Numbered from the stretch's first letter, positions 1 to 12,617 are shown. The stretch is 64,000 bases of DNA from Phaeosaccion multiseriatum (GCA_965112735.1 OZ218964.1:1612001-1676000), one strand, 5' to 3'. Made by a program: numbers and translations. Notes: a model not told the origin generated them from the letters alone.

Positions 1-190
1 ATCAACTCTCCAGTCTCTTAAGCTGTCTCTGGAGCAAGAGCAGGCCGGTAGGGAGAAGGCTAGGGGGGACCGATTCTTCTTCGTCACTCCCTCTGTTCTC
101 TTCGCCAAATCGAAGCTCACCCTATCTCGTCCCGTCCCTCCCGCCTGTCGATCCACTGTCAAGGGCCCTCATGCGGCTCTCTTCGGGTCA

Positions 191-903
191 CTATTCCTTC
201 TTGCCGGACTGGCTTGCCTGCTTACCACGTGGAGAGGGAAAGCACGTAAAGCAGGGAGGATGCATGTAAGGTGGTAGATAGGAGTCAGGGAAGGAGGTAG
301 AGATACGTACGCCTTAGAGTCAAACGTATCGCAGTTCGCACAGCCTGGGAAGACACATTAGTTTCTGCTCCTCCCCCCGAGCCTTCTCACCTTCTTTCCG
401 TCGTCGGGGCCATCCTCATCCTTCTTCTCCCTCTTGAGTTCGACGCCGCTCCAGACTCCAGTTCCTGTACCAGGCACGGACAAAGATTGCATGGAGAGGG
501 ACATTAGTGGAGACAGCACCACGAGCTTGGAGGAGGGACGACGAGTGGGACGGTGCAGGAAAGGTTGCGCGGATGGAAGAAGGGGAGCAACCAAGAGGAA
601 AGCACCCAAGAGGGAAGCACCAGAGGGAAGCACCCAGAGGGAAGCACCCACAAACCCACCTTTGAACTGGTCGGTGGCTCCGATCTGATAGGCTATCAAG
701 TCCGCCGTAGACTTTATGGTTCAGTAGATCACCATTGTGGGTGCCACAACCGCAACTTTGGTCCTTTGTTGCCTGCTAGAGTCCGCAGGAGACCGCTTGG
801 CCGTGAAGGACGAGACCGACGAGGGCCCGGGCGCAATGAAAGCGTTGCTGCCAGCAACGAGTGCGAGACACAGAACGGCGGCTCTAAAGATTGAAGAAAG
901 CAT
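191..903 (-). CDS. Small plastid-targeted protein of unknown function containing an in-frame TGA (recoded, mutated or sequencing error); exons 903-660, 464-391, 217-191
   Basis: ATG 903 gives MLSSIFRAAVLCLALVAGSNA|FIAP (signal peptide + ASAFAP-like motif) and a Ser/Arg-rich transit peptide. Then MVIY-TGA(723-721)-TIKSTADLIAYQIGATDQFKG|TGVWSGVELKREKK..|ASQSGKKE*. GT-AG introns keep the frame. Confidence 0.6.
594..649. repeat. ~4 copies of a 14-15 bp minisatellite (AGAGGGAAGCACCC) inside intron 1 of the plastid-protein gene
   Basis: Direct tandem repeats visible in the sequence. Confidence 0.8.
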
Positions 904-1055
904 CCTCGCACTCACGATGATCTCACGATCTGTCTTGACGTTTTGGGGGGGCATGTATGCACAAAGTGTGCGTGTTGGTGCTCCGATTCTCACTTCGCAT
1001 TTGCAGCCAACTCGGCAACATGGATTGATGCTCGCGCCTCGGGCCCAGCCCCGGC

Positions 1056-1824
1056 ATGTCTGCTCTTACGAAGAGCGAGAACGAGGCGGCAGTGGCTTAC
1101 TACTCGCTCCTCTCCTTGTCCTCCACGAGCTGCTGGCGAAACGAGGCGACGACTACTCCAGATTCCTCCTCTGAGGAAGAGCTCTGCTGCTGTTGCTGTG
1201 GACACTGCCTCCAAGTCCTCCCCTCGGCTGTCCGGGGCGCGGGCCTCGGGCTCGTGACAGCTCGGGCGAGGAGACGAGGGGAGGTGGTGTGCATGTACCA
1301 GGGTCGACACAAGACCACCGTTCAGGCCATGAGGACCAAGGACAAGAGCTACTTGATGCGGCTCGGTACACAGTGCTACATAGATGCTCAACAGACGTAC
1401 CACGTCCTCGCTCGATACATCAACGACTGCAGGTGATGATCGAGTGTTGATTTTGGACTACCGTCGTTTTGCTTTTGAGATGGGGGGGGATGATTTTACC
1501 CTACCCAAAGGAAAGTTCTCTGCGCTGCTCCCTCCCTCTGTCTCTACACGACTTCCCTTTCTGCGCTACTTAGTTTTGGCTCCCTCTTTCCCCTCTCAAC
1601 CCCCCTCCCCCCCACGCCCGCATTACATGGAAAGGAACGCCAAAGGCTACAACGTGACCTTTGATAAGACTCCTGCGCGGCGGCTAGCCTTCGTGAGGGC
1701 AACCCGGGACCTGCGGGCAGGGGAGGAGCTGTTTGTGGACTACGGCAGGCTGTACTGGGCGATGCTGCCCTCTGAGATCATAGAGGACGCGGCCCTGCCG
1801 GCCTTCGGTCCGGGCTTCACTTAG
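1056..1824 (+). CDS. Small SET-domain protein (lysine methyltransferase-like); exons 1056-1432, 1635-1824
   Basis: GAGLGLV (SAM-binding motif I), ARYINDCR|N (RFINH-like), ATRDLRAGEELFVDYG..YW (ELxxDY motif). The intron joins in frame. Confidence 0.85.
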
Positions 1825-2131
1825 CGCAGTGACACCATTGTGTTCGTGCTTCTGCATGGGGTGGTAACCCCTTACAGAGAGGTCTGCAGTGGAAAGGATC
1901 TGATTTAAAAAAACTGAACTAGAGAGTGATAAAGCCATAGGAGCACTCTTACTCCTTACAACCTCAGCTGAGCATCATCCTAAAAGCGATTTGCGCCCCG
2001 GAGGGAGAGGTGGGAGTGAAGGGTGTGGAGGGAGAAGATCGGGTGTAAGACCAACACTTCTGCCCCTGTCACTCCGCCCCATGCGGTTTCCAATACAATG
2101 TCCCTCCCCGCTGATGATACATGCTACTTAC

Positions 2132-3291
2132 TCACTTCCCACCGATGTACACCATTGGGCACTCAATTTCAAAAGACGGGTCCTCGTCCTCCACCGTTTT
2201 GTCTGCGGCTACAGGAGGGATTAAGAACTTGGCAGCAGCCCATTTTGGCCCCCCAAGTGGACCACCTTTCGCACCGTTGCTGCATGACACGCCGTCCGTT
2301 GGGATGCCGATCCAGTTGGAGTCCTGGAGTCCGTACGCGCACCACAGGGCAGGAGAGGGAGGGAGGGATGTGGACTTAGCAAGTCGGAGCGACACAGGAA
2401 AAGAGAAAAACCCGCACCCGGAGGAGGGACATACGCCGGAGAAGGTTGGCCACCGGGCCCTCCTACTACAATTACACACACACACACACACATACACAAG
2501 TACTCACCATCTTCCCGTTGTCCTTCTTGTCATGCTGTGTATATGCAGACACACACATTCCGGGAGGGGCGATAGATTAGGAAAGTAGAGGCGCGTGGGG
2601 AGGAAGGGAAGGAAGGGAGAAGCTCCACCCCCCCCCGGATACATGTGGCTCTATACGTACCACGACAAAAACACCATATTCCTTCCCTGCGGTCAAGCCT
2701 TCCACCCTGTGAAGAGTGGAAGGGGGGCGAGGGTGGGGTCCATTGTAAGGTGAAAATAAAAAGCACAACCTGAAAGGAATGCATCAACTGCCATGAAGCT
2801 CTGCCAATAGAAGAGCAGGGGAAGGAGTGGAGGAGAGTCTGGAGAGAGGATGCACGGGCACACAGAACAGCGGCCTCATGGGGGGGAGTTTTGAAAGCAC
2901 AGCGGGCTGGTGGAGACAAAATGCAGCCCTACGCCGCCCCCACTTACTCGACGATCATGCTCAGTCCATCTTCTTTCGCATCCGGGGGAAACTCTCTCCT
3001 TTCAGACCTGCAACACAGCACAAGACACGACACGGTGAGCGCACAAGAAACACAACCTAATGTCGCCATACCCGCCCGCCTTCGCTACGCACCTCAAGGC
3101 TTCGTCGAACTTCGATGTTTTCCAAGTCTCTTCATTCTCGTACACATTTACACGCAGACTGAGGATGATACGTAGATAAACGGGAGGAATTGAACTTTGA
3201 AGAAGCGGGAGGCTGCTAGATATCATTTGAAAAAAAACACTTACCTTCCGCCATAGCGAGGTCTTAGACCCGTGACGTTGACCTTCAGCAT
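2132..3291 (-). CDS. DUF2141-family protein; exons 3291(or upstream)-3245, 3158-3093, 3007-2948, 2706-2661, 2534-2508, 2323-2132
   Basis: Spliced product MLKVNVTGLR..GSLRVNVYENEETW..VEGLTAGKEYGVFVVHDKKDNGKMDSNWIGIPTDGVSCSNGAKGGPLGGPKWAAAKF fits the DUF2141 pattern G.Y.v.v.HD.N.NG.lD.n..GiP.Eg...SN.a....GpP.f..a.F. All five introns are GT-AG with consistent phases. Confidence 0.75.
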
Positions 3292-3660
3292 CACCAAATC
3301 GTTATCCTCCCCCCCCCCCTCCCTCTCTTTGATGCTCGCCTTGTGCCTGCTGCCCCACCACCTCCAAGTCAGGGGGGTGGGGGAGGGGGCAGGGCCAAAG
3401 GGCTTCGAGTAAGCCTTCTGATCCTCGACAGCTCCTGCGATCTGCTGCGGTAATAGCAGTGGCAGGAGAAGAGGGATCGCGAATCGGTGTAGAGATAGAA
3501 TGGTGAGCGTGAGAGAGCAAAGTGTTGGCGAGCAAGATACGAGCAAGGGGATCGGGGAATTTTAGTTACAATTCCCCCCCCCCTTCTCACACGGATTCAC
3601 GATCACGACTGGAAGGAATCCTGGAAGGTGCGAGTGTATACAAGGAAAGGGAGGAAAAGA

Positions 3661-3739
3661 ATGGTGGCCCGCCAGCTACTATCGAAGGATCTGGAGCAGT
3701 TAATGAGGGATGGAGATAGCGACAACGACGTATGCATGG

Positions 3740-3774
<35 letters not shown>

Positions 3775-6373
3775 TCGGCCCCAGCCGCCTCAGCGATACC
3801 CTTGGGGTCGGACGGCGGCAAACTCAGGAGGAACCGAAGTATGGAGATGATGGACCAGGGGGGGGCTGGAAAGTGGGGAAGAGGATCAGATGAGGAGAAG
3901 GAGCCAGACCCGTGGGCCAGTCGAGCTCCCACGCCTTCGTACCTGCGGAGAAGAATCTCTCTCCTCCATCTCAAAGGGGGAAACTTGTTCCACTGGGTTT
4001 GCTGCGTGAGCGGCGGAGAAGGTACGGATAGAGCGGGGCTATGGCGGTGGGGCGGGTGGGGCAGACTCTTAAAAATGCCGAGGGGTGGGAACCCTTACCC
4101 CCCCGCTCCACCTCCCCTCCAACCGACCCCACACCGACACCCTCTTTGCGATGTCGACAGGGTCTTCCTACGCGGGGCTGACGTACGATTTGGAGATGCA
4201 GTTCTCGCGGCACCACCCTTTCGAGCCCCCCGTGCTGTCCTTCCCGTTCACCGCGAAGAACAAGAGCAATCCCTTGCCTCCCGTCGTCGATGCGAATGGC
4301 CAGCTGAGGCTGCAGCAGCTCAGTCACGACAAGTGGATGCCCACCGCGGTGAGAACGCGGATAAGGGTGCCGATGAGAAGATGGGGGGGGAGGGGGGTGG
4401 GGGGTGGGGGGTGCTGACCGCAGGTTCTGCAGTCCCTCCATACTCATTGTGGACGTCGCTCCCGAACGCTCTTGCTTGTCCCGTCAAGGCCCCACTCACC
4501 TCCTCTTCCCATGCGCTTGTCCGCTTGTCCCTTTTCACATGTGTTTGCATGCAATCATTCTCTCTCCCTCTCCCATCTCTCTCGGTCGGTCCTCTATCTG
4601 TCTTAGTCTGTGCTCAATGTGCTAGGATGGCTCTGTGAGCTCTTTGACTCCGACCCCGTCAGCTTCTCTACAGGGTCTACGTGTCCCTTTGACCGACTCG
4701 TCGAGGAGGTCAATTTTCAGGTGTGTTACGTCATTCTCTTTTCCCCATGGACCATTAGAAGCCTTTCTATCTCACGAATCCCCCCCCTGTGTCTTCCTTC
4801 TCCTCCACCACCTCCTCTACTCCTCCTCCTCCTCCTCTTCCCCCCCCTCCTCTTCCTCCTTCTCTTCCTCCTCCTCCTCCTCCTCCTCCTCCTCCTCCTC
4901 CTCCTCCTCCTCCTCTTCCTCCTCCTCCTTTCTTTAACGTCATACGACTCCACATAACCCAGATCCAGGGCTTCCTGGGCCCGCTCGATCTGTCCACCCT
5001 CAGCGTCACATGCCGCAAGATGCTATCGCTTTGCATGACGGAGCAGACGTGGGCGAACCTGTACTACTCTTGTGGGGGCTACCCTTTGGGGCTCGTGGAC
5101 CTCACTCAGGCAGGCGGAGGAGGGCCTGGGCCTCTTCGGGTCATGTCCAGCTCCCAAAAGTGGGAGTGGCTGGTGAGTGAGTGAGTGTTTGTGAGAGAGT
5201 GAGTGTGTGTGTGTGCGTGAGTGCGTGCTTTTGATGTGTGTGGCCGGGAAGGGGAAGGGGGAGAAGAAGGGATGAGATGCACAGGGGTGAGTGTGGCGAG
5301 TGGCGACTTTTTCAAGGAGACGCTTAAATGTGAGGCTTACAAGTGTCTCCAATGTCCCCCCTTCGCCCTTCCCTGGCGGAACGCCCGCAGGAAGCAAGAG
5401 AGGCCTTCATTCGTATCACTGAGGCCAAACGAGGGGCTTGCCAGCACAGCTCCACCATGGTGTCATCCCGGACGTCCTTCATGAACGCAGAGGTCAGTCA
5501 TGTTGTTGACCAGTGGCAAGGCCAAGGTCTGCTACCGGGAGGAGGAGGAGGAGGAGGAGGAGGAGGAGGAGGAGGAGGAGGAGGAGGAGGAGGAATAGGT
5601 CACACACACTGTAACATCCGCTCCTTCATCGAAGCTTTGCGCTCTTCCCGCGGGTACCCCAAAAACCCTCTTGCATTTTCTGCGCCATTTCCTGACCTCT
5701 CATCTCTAGAGATTCTCCAAACTCTTATCTCCCGTTGCCTGTTGCCTGTTGTGACTCTCTCTCCCCCTTGTAGATTCGAGAGTCCATCCGTCTGTCCATC
5801 AAGCTGGCTCATCAGATCCGAACGGTGCAGAGGAGGTACCAAGACAGTGAGAATGGCCTTCCTTTCCCCATGATGCAGCACGTTAGGTAGGTACATCCTC
5901 CGTGGACCCAATCCATCCTGCGTGTCGCCCCTGTGTTCTCCGCCCAGTGCCTCTGCACATGTGTTCTTCTGCTGTCTATTTGTGCTGACGGATCACCCAA
6001 CTCTTCTTGCCCCCCCCTCCCTTCCCTTCAGACGCCTGGAGGAGAACCTCGACAAGGCAGTCAAGAAGGTAGCAGCGCTGCAGCGTGTGATGAATTGGAG
6101 GGTGGTGTGGAAGCACGCTCTCAGCCCCCTCGATCCTGAGACAGGAGGAGGAGGAGGAGGAGGAGGAGGAGGAGGAGGAGGGGGGGGGGGAGTAGGAAGA
6201 GGAGGAGCAAGAGGCAGACGAGATGGTGGAGAGGGAAAGGGCGGCAGTAGGGGAGCAAGTGGGTTCCAAGAAGAGCGGGCAGAGAGGCGAGCCAGGGCCT
6301 TGTACCGAAACATTGCACTGACGGAGGAGCAGCTCCTGCAGCAGTCGGCCCAACAGCAAGCAGCTGGCGCAGT

Positions 6374-6423
<50 letters not shown>

Positions 6424-9400
6424 GAGGAGGAGGAGGAGAAGGGGGGCAGCAAGTAGCAGCAGCCGTAGCAGCAGCTGGAGGTCCGGTGGCACCGGCAGGA
6501 CCGGGAGGCGGACAACCTGCCGCTCTTGAGACCTCACTTCAGCCTGCTCCTATCCGGCCTCAGCCGCCCCTTCCAATAGATCACCCCCACCACCACTGCA
6601 CTGGCCAGTCCGAGCTGACAGACCTCGACGCGCACGTGGCGAGGAGTGCTCAGGAGCCTCAAGGCTCACGCGGAGGGGTGAGGCAGCTCGCGCTCAGAAA
6701 CCTTCAGCCGGCAGAGTGCAGCCCCACAGGAATCGGATGGCCAACACTCGTAAGTGTTTGTGTGTGTGTGCGTGTGTGCGAGTGTGCGTGTGTGAAGATG
6801 ACATGAGAGTACTTGGGCTGTAGTTGTACGATCGTAATGTGGCGCACCTCACGGTCCTTCGTCACATGTACTTGTTCTTCTTGTTGTTGTCTCACTTATG
6901 TCCCGCGCCCCGTCCCGCCTGCCTTCGCCAATCCCCACACCCCACACTCCATCATCCGCACGCACACACGCACGCACGCACACACACAAAGGTGGACTTC
7001 GCATTTGTGAAGCACCTGAAGTGTGCGCAGATAAGCAGCTCTTTCCGGGTGTTCCGACACTATCAACATGTGGATGTGCAAGACTCCGACGGCGAATGGC
7101 TGGGAGGAGTGGCCCTGAGAGCCCCCGATCCGGTGAATATGAAAGTGAGCGTACGGCGTTCCGGCGGCGGCGATACGACTGCTGCAGCCGCTGCTGCTCA
7201 AGCGGCCACTCTCGCTGCCAACCAATCCAACGCTGCAGGTGAAGTGATATTAGGAGGTGACGTGACGTGGACGACGCGTGTGTTGCTCGCAAGGCGACGA
7301 TCTGCATTTGTGTATTCGTCTTCCTTTCTTCTGTTCTGCGCGCTTATTTATGGGACTGTGAAGGGGGATCAGACCTTTCGAGCGGGTTGACTCACTTCAT
7401 GAGCGTCAACATCACTTCACTCTGCAGGAGCGGAGCACGGACAAGGCGCCGTCGCTGCTGCAGGAGGGACACCACCGGCAGCAGCCTCAGCTGGAGGGGG
7501 GGGAGGAGGGGCGGGTGGTGGTGGCGAAGGCGGGGGTGGTGAAGGAGGGGCAGGAGCAGCAGCAGCAGCAGCAGGAGGAGGAGGAGGAGCAGGAGCAGGA
7601 GCAGGGGGAGGAGGAGGAGGAGGAGGAGGAGGAGGAGGTGTTTCTGCCGCCGCACCATCTCGGCGAGCAAGAGGAAGACGGTCTTCTGACATTGCGGGGG
7701 CACTTGCGGCGGCAAAAGAAGATAGCCAAGTGCTCGCAAACGTGCTTCTCGATGCTCCTGTACGGAACCAAGGCCAAGGGGGTGCTGCTGGAGGGGGGGG
7801 GCTGGAGGCACAGGGGGGCTTGGCGGGTCTGATGGCCATGTGGCATGGACTGCCTCAGCACCTTGCTAATGCCCCGCCGCCGGCTCAGCTCCCGCCGGCT
7901 CAGCTCCCGCCGGCTCACCACCACCACCACCACTATCACCACCACCACCACCACCACCACCACCACCACTACCAGCAGGTCTACCAGCAGCTCCACCACG
8001 CACAGCCGCCCCCTCCGCTCCCCCACCCGCAGGCGCACCAGCAGCACCACCACCCGCACCAGTTATTGATACAGCAGCACGGTCATGGCCATCCTCATGA
8101 TGCGGAAGGAGATATACTGCCGCCTCCTCCTCTTCCTCTCTATGCAGGGCTTTTCGGGGTAGATGAGGCGGATGCAGGACTGTTTGAGGATGCGGGGCTG
8201 TGGGGCGTCGACGAGATGGGGTGGGGACAAGCGGACGGAGAAGCAGCAGCATCAGGAGAAGGAGGAGGAGGAGGAGGAGGAGGAGGAGGAGGAGGAGGAG
8301 GAGGAGGAGGAGGAGGAGGAGGAGGAGCAGGAGGAGCCGGAATGATAATCCCCATCGGACCAGGAGGGGGAGAGGCAGCAGCAGCAGCAGCAGGAGGAGG
8401 AGGAGGAGGAGGAGGAGGAGGAGGAGGAGGAGGAGTTGGTGGTGGTGGTGGTGGTGGTGGTGGTGGTGGTGGTGGTGGTGGTGGTGGTGGTGGTGGTGGT
8501 GCGGGTCAAGGAAATGGCCCCACCGGGGCAGGGGGACCGGGAGGATCAGAAGCAGGCGACAATGCCAGCCAGCTTGGCTGCCAAGACAGTCGAAGTATTC
8601 TAATCCACTACGATGGCTTCAAGACATGCTATGACGAGTGGGTGAGGCGGGATTCCAGCAGGCTGGCGCCGTTTCGCACCCGAGTGGGGAGGCCGCTGTC
8701 TGTCACGACGCAAGCTGTGCGGGAACTGGCTGTGGGGCGGAGTGGCAAGGTGAGGGAGGGGAGGGGGAGGGGAACAGGTAGCCGAGAATACGGCCCCCCA
8801 CCGCCACCTCTTGCTGACCGCCTGTATGTATGTATTTTACAGGACTCATTTCCTATACATCCCCCTTGCTTGATTCCTTCTTGCTCCTCTAATTGATTGA
8901 AACCCTACGCAGGCGCTGACGAAGACGGAGATTGAGGGCATGGAGGTGTCCCTTCGCTGCCATTGGGTGTCTCATCTCTGTGGAGCAGGACTTGTGCGTT
9001 ACATGTGGCGCGATGACTTGACGCTGCATCAGCTCCTTGCGGATTTCTGCTCCCTCATGGGACTGGATATGAGTCGAGCGGTGGTGGTGTATGCGTCGTA
9101 CAGGATTGCGCAGAACATCATGCTGTGTGGGGCCGCTGCGTGGGAGTTGCAGCTCCGGAGTACACGCAAGCGGCAAACGCCGCAGAGGTGGTGGCAGCCG
9201 CGCGAGAGACCGCAGCAGAAGGCCGGCCGGGGGCGCCGCAGCGGTGAGGAGGGGCACTTTCAGTGGCGTGAAGGTATGGTGTTGGATGTCGTCATCGCGC
9301 CCTCAGACCAGGACTTCGCCCCCGGAGCCTGTGCGAGGGGCGAAAGGCTGGCGGAGGAGGCGAGGAGGCGGCAGGAGCGGAAGCAGGAGCAGAAGCAACC

Positions 9401-9467
9401 GCCGTGGGCATTTGCGGCTGCCAGAGAGGCTCTACCGCAGCAGCCACCGCCGCCGCCGGGCATTTGA
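3661..9467 (+). CDS. Multidomain ubiquitin-system protein: inactive E2 variant (UEV) + F-box + coiled coil + Tudor/chromo-barrel-like + C-terminal ubiquitin-like domain; ~10 exons (3661-4021, 4161-4348, 4607-4720, 4963-5172, 5391-5492, 5774-5835, 6032-6749, 6992-7238, 7428-8748, 8913-9467)
   Basis: UBC fold: NLFHWVCCVSG..GSSYAGLTYDLEMQFSRHHPFEPPVLSF..VDANGQLRLQQL..WMPTASVLNVL. F-box: FDRLVEEVNFQIQGFLGPLDLSTLSVTCRKM..W. Barrel: VDVQDSDGEW..ILIHYDGFKTCYDEWV..SSRLAP. Ubl-like: LTLHQLLADFCSLMGL..REGMVLDVVI. Confidence 0.7.
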
Positions 9468-10168
9468 GCATACCTACACTATAGGAGCCTGATTTTCGCG
9501 CAACAAGCGTACAAGTGGGCGAAGGCCAAAAAATAATCAAAGGGTGTGCGCAGGGAGGATGAGGATTCCATCGCCAAGAAACCAGAGTGTGTGACAAAGC
9601 TGCAGACCTGCAGACCACAAGGCATCATTATATAAGTGGTACTTAAGAGAAAAAAGGGGAAAAAATAAGAGGGTTTTGTTGCACTCCCCTTACCCACCCA
9701 TACCTGGGACGCGTAACCAAAACTGCTCAACTCGGCGATAGAGGCACTTTAGGGGGGGGGGGGGGGAGTGGGAGGGCCCTCTGGGCTGTGGAGACACTCA
9801 TACGTAAGACCCTCATGGCCCTTACGTAGGGAACACACGCTGCACGGCCATAGAACTGAACTTGATAGAGGTTGCAGGAGGCAACGATGCCGACATTCAA
9901 CTTGTTTCGACGAGGGCAACACGATGCGCATGCTCAAACTCGCTAAAACAGTAGTTTGGGGGGTCGTGGGGAGGGGGAAAACGTGGCAACGGGGCAATTT
10001 CGGCAATGTCGGCATATCGGCCAAAGCCATCGGCTGCCACCTCCCACGAAAGGGCGGTGTCGCCCATTTTTTTTCCCCTCACACGCACAGTGGTGTGCCA
10101 CATCCTATGTGAGCAGCTGCCAGCGGGAGTGGAGCGTGTGAGGGACCGTTGGGGAGAGGGAGAAAGAG

Positions 10169-10173
<5 letters not shown>

Positions 10174-10230
<57 letters not shown>
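10174..10230. repeat. (GA)n microsatellite just upstream of the PAS-ankyrin gene
   Basis: Perfect GA dinucleotide tract. Confidence 0.9.
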
Positions 10231-10235
<5 letters not shown>

Positions 10236-10290
10236 AAGAGACAGTCTTTTTCCCCCCGAAGTGACTCAACCTGCCTCACACGGTGATGTG

Positions 10291-11627
10291 ATGGAATTGG
10301 CGGAGTGTACGCGTGGGGAAGGCACCCGAGAGCAAACCTCGATCATGTCAGCGGAGCTACTGCAGCTGGGGGAGATGTTGAGCAAGCAAGTGCTGCTGTG
10401 TTGCGACCACCGCACGGGGCTCATCCTGCACGCGAACCAGGCGTGCCTGACCATCTTGGGCCGCGACCCGAGTTCCATGATCGGAAAGCCTGCGTGCAAC
10501 TTCGTGTCCTTGGAGGATGAGGAGAAGGTCATGTCCTGCATGCTGGCGGAAGCTCCGCACCAGCAGTCTACGACGACAATTACGCTTAGACGACCGCACG
10601 GAGAAGAGGTGAGGGGTAGGGGCAACGTGGCTTTTGTGGTGGGCGGTGTTGGGTCATAGCAATTCCCACGAGAGATCTACATGTATACCCCGTCTTCCAC
10701 CTTCTCACCTTCCTTCTTTCGCCCCTCTTTTATTGACTACTCTACGCTGCAGCCTGGCAAGGAGGTCACGCTCGAGTCCTGCTGGAGAATGCACCACGAC
10801 GCGGACGGTCGGTCTTTGTACTACATTGTCGTTGAGTCGGTGTGTGTAGATGAGGAGCTGGAAGAACTGCAGCGGCATCAGCAGTGGCTGGAGCACAACG
10901 AGGAGAAGAAGACGACGAAGAAGAGAAAGAAGACAGCTGTTGCAAAGGAACGCCAACAGCGGAGAAAGAGGAAAGAGCTGCTGTCGCTGGCGCCGTTCAG
11001 GGGGGTATCTCCACCTGCTGATGCGGAGACGCGCATGACCCTTGATCTTATTCCCGAAGTGGTGTTTGCCTTTGATGTGATCGACGGCAAGATTTTGTGG
11101 GTGAATGCGGCGTGCTACAAGCTCCTGGGCTTTCGGGAGCACGAGATGAAAGGCTTGCTTATTTACGACTTTATCGACCTGGGCGATGTGGACGACGTGG
11201 TCTCTGTGGTGAAGAGGCTCCGACCCGGCAAGGTCAAGCACGTCTTCTTCCGACTGAAGAGAAGGACTGGCGAGCAGAACCTCGTCGGCTGCAGTCTGTC
11301 TCGGCAAGCGCAAGGCAGCGCTAGTGGCGACGAGGGTGGCAGTTCTTCTTCTTCTTCTTCTTCTGCTGCTGCTAGTGGTGGTGGTGCTGATGTGGGTAGA
11401 AGCAGTTGCCGGATTTGCGTGTGCGTCGCTAGGGATGTCAAGGCGCTGGCGGGACGCCTTGTGAGCGGGGGCTTCAATTCAAGTTTGACTGGCCATTTGC
11501 ATGAGGTGGTGGATAAACTTGAGAGGGAAGGTGGGTACAGAAGTGATGATCCCCAAGAAAGGGAAGGGGAAGGAGGAGCAGCAGCACCAGCTGAAGTAGA
11601 AGCAGCAGCAGCGGCAGCAGCAGAAGA

Positions 11628-11658
<31 letters not shown>

Positions 11659-12617
11659 GAAGCAGTAGCACCACCACCACCAGTAGCAGCAGCAGCAGCA
11701 GCAGCAGGAGGAGGAGGAGGAGGAGCGCCAGGGGAGACAGAGAATTGCGAGAATGGGGGCCGAGGTCCTCGGTTAAGAGAACCGCAGGGGAAAGACGAAG
11801 ACGAGGCAAACACCCAGGATCAGACAGAGGCGCAACCCCATGTGATGGAGAGACTGATGAAGCGGGAGCACAGCAGGCAGCAACGGCGGGAATGGGAGGA
11901 GGAGGAGGAGGAGGAGGAGGAGGAGGAGGAGGAGGAGGAGGAGGAGGAGGAGAAGAAGAAGAAGAAGGAGGAGGAGGAGGAGGAGGAGGAGAAGTGGGAG
12001 GGGGGATATGAGCAACGGCAAGAACTACATTTGCTGCAGCAGGAGAAGGAGGAGGAAAGTGCTCTCTGGAACCTGGCCGAGGCCACGTGCGACTTCATCT
12101 ACAAACTACGGCTTGGAAAGGAAAATGCACCTTTGTGTGGTGGAGGAGGAGAAGGTGCGCCGCTGCCAGAGGAGAAGGGGGCTGATTACGCGGTGGTGGA
12201 GTACGCGAGCGAGGCTACCTTGTCCATGCTGGGCATGCCTCTGCACAAGGTGAAGGGGGCTGCGGACTATCAATCCAAGGATGCGACGCTGCAGAATAGT
12301 GTGGCGGCGATGCGCATGATGGCCATCAAGACGATTCGCGACACGAATAGTAGAGACGCTGGTGGGTTGAGGCACTTATACGCGCGGGAGGATGCCTACG
12401 GGAAGAAGATTATTGTGGAAGCGTCCTATTACGGGATTTACAGCCAACAGCGGGTCGAGAAGGAGGAGGGGGAGGAGGAGAAGGAGAAAGAGGAGGAGAA
12501 GGAGGAGGAGAAGGAGGGTGGGGAGGAGGAGCACAAGAGGGAGGGAAAACAGCATGCCGTACCTGCAAAGCAGGAGCAGGAGCAGCAGCAGCAGCAACAA
12601 CAGCAGCACCATCACCT

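Noticed and set aside
594-649. CRISPR-like array
   Set aside because: Tandem repeats without spacers, inside an intron of a eukaryotic gene.
10345-10608. PAS1 as a LOV photoreceptor domain
   Set aside because: GKPACNFVS does not match the GxNCRFLQ flavin-adduct motif.
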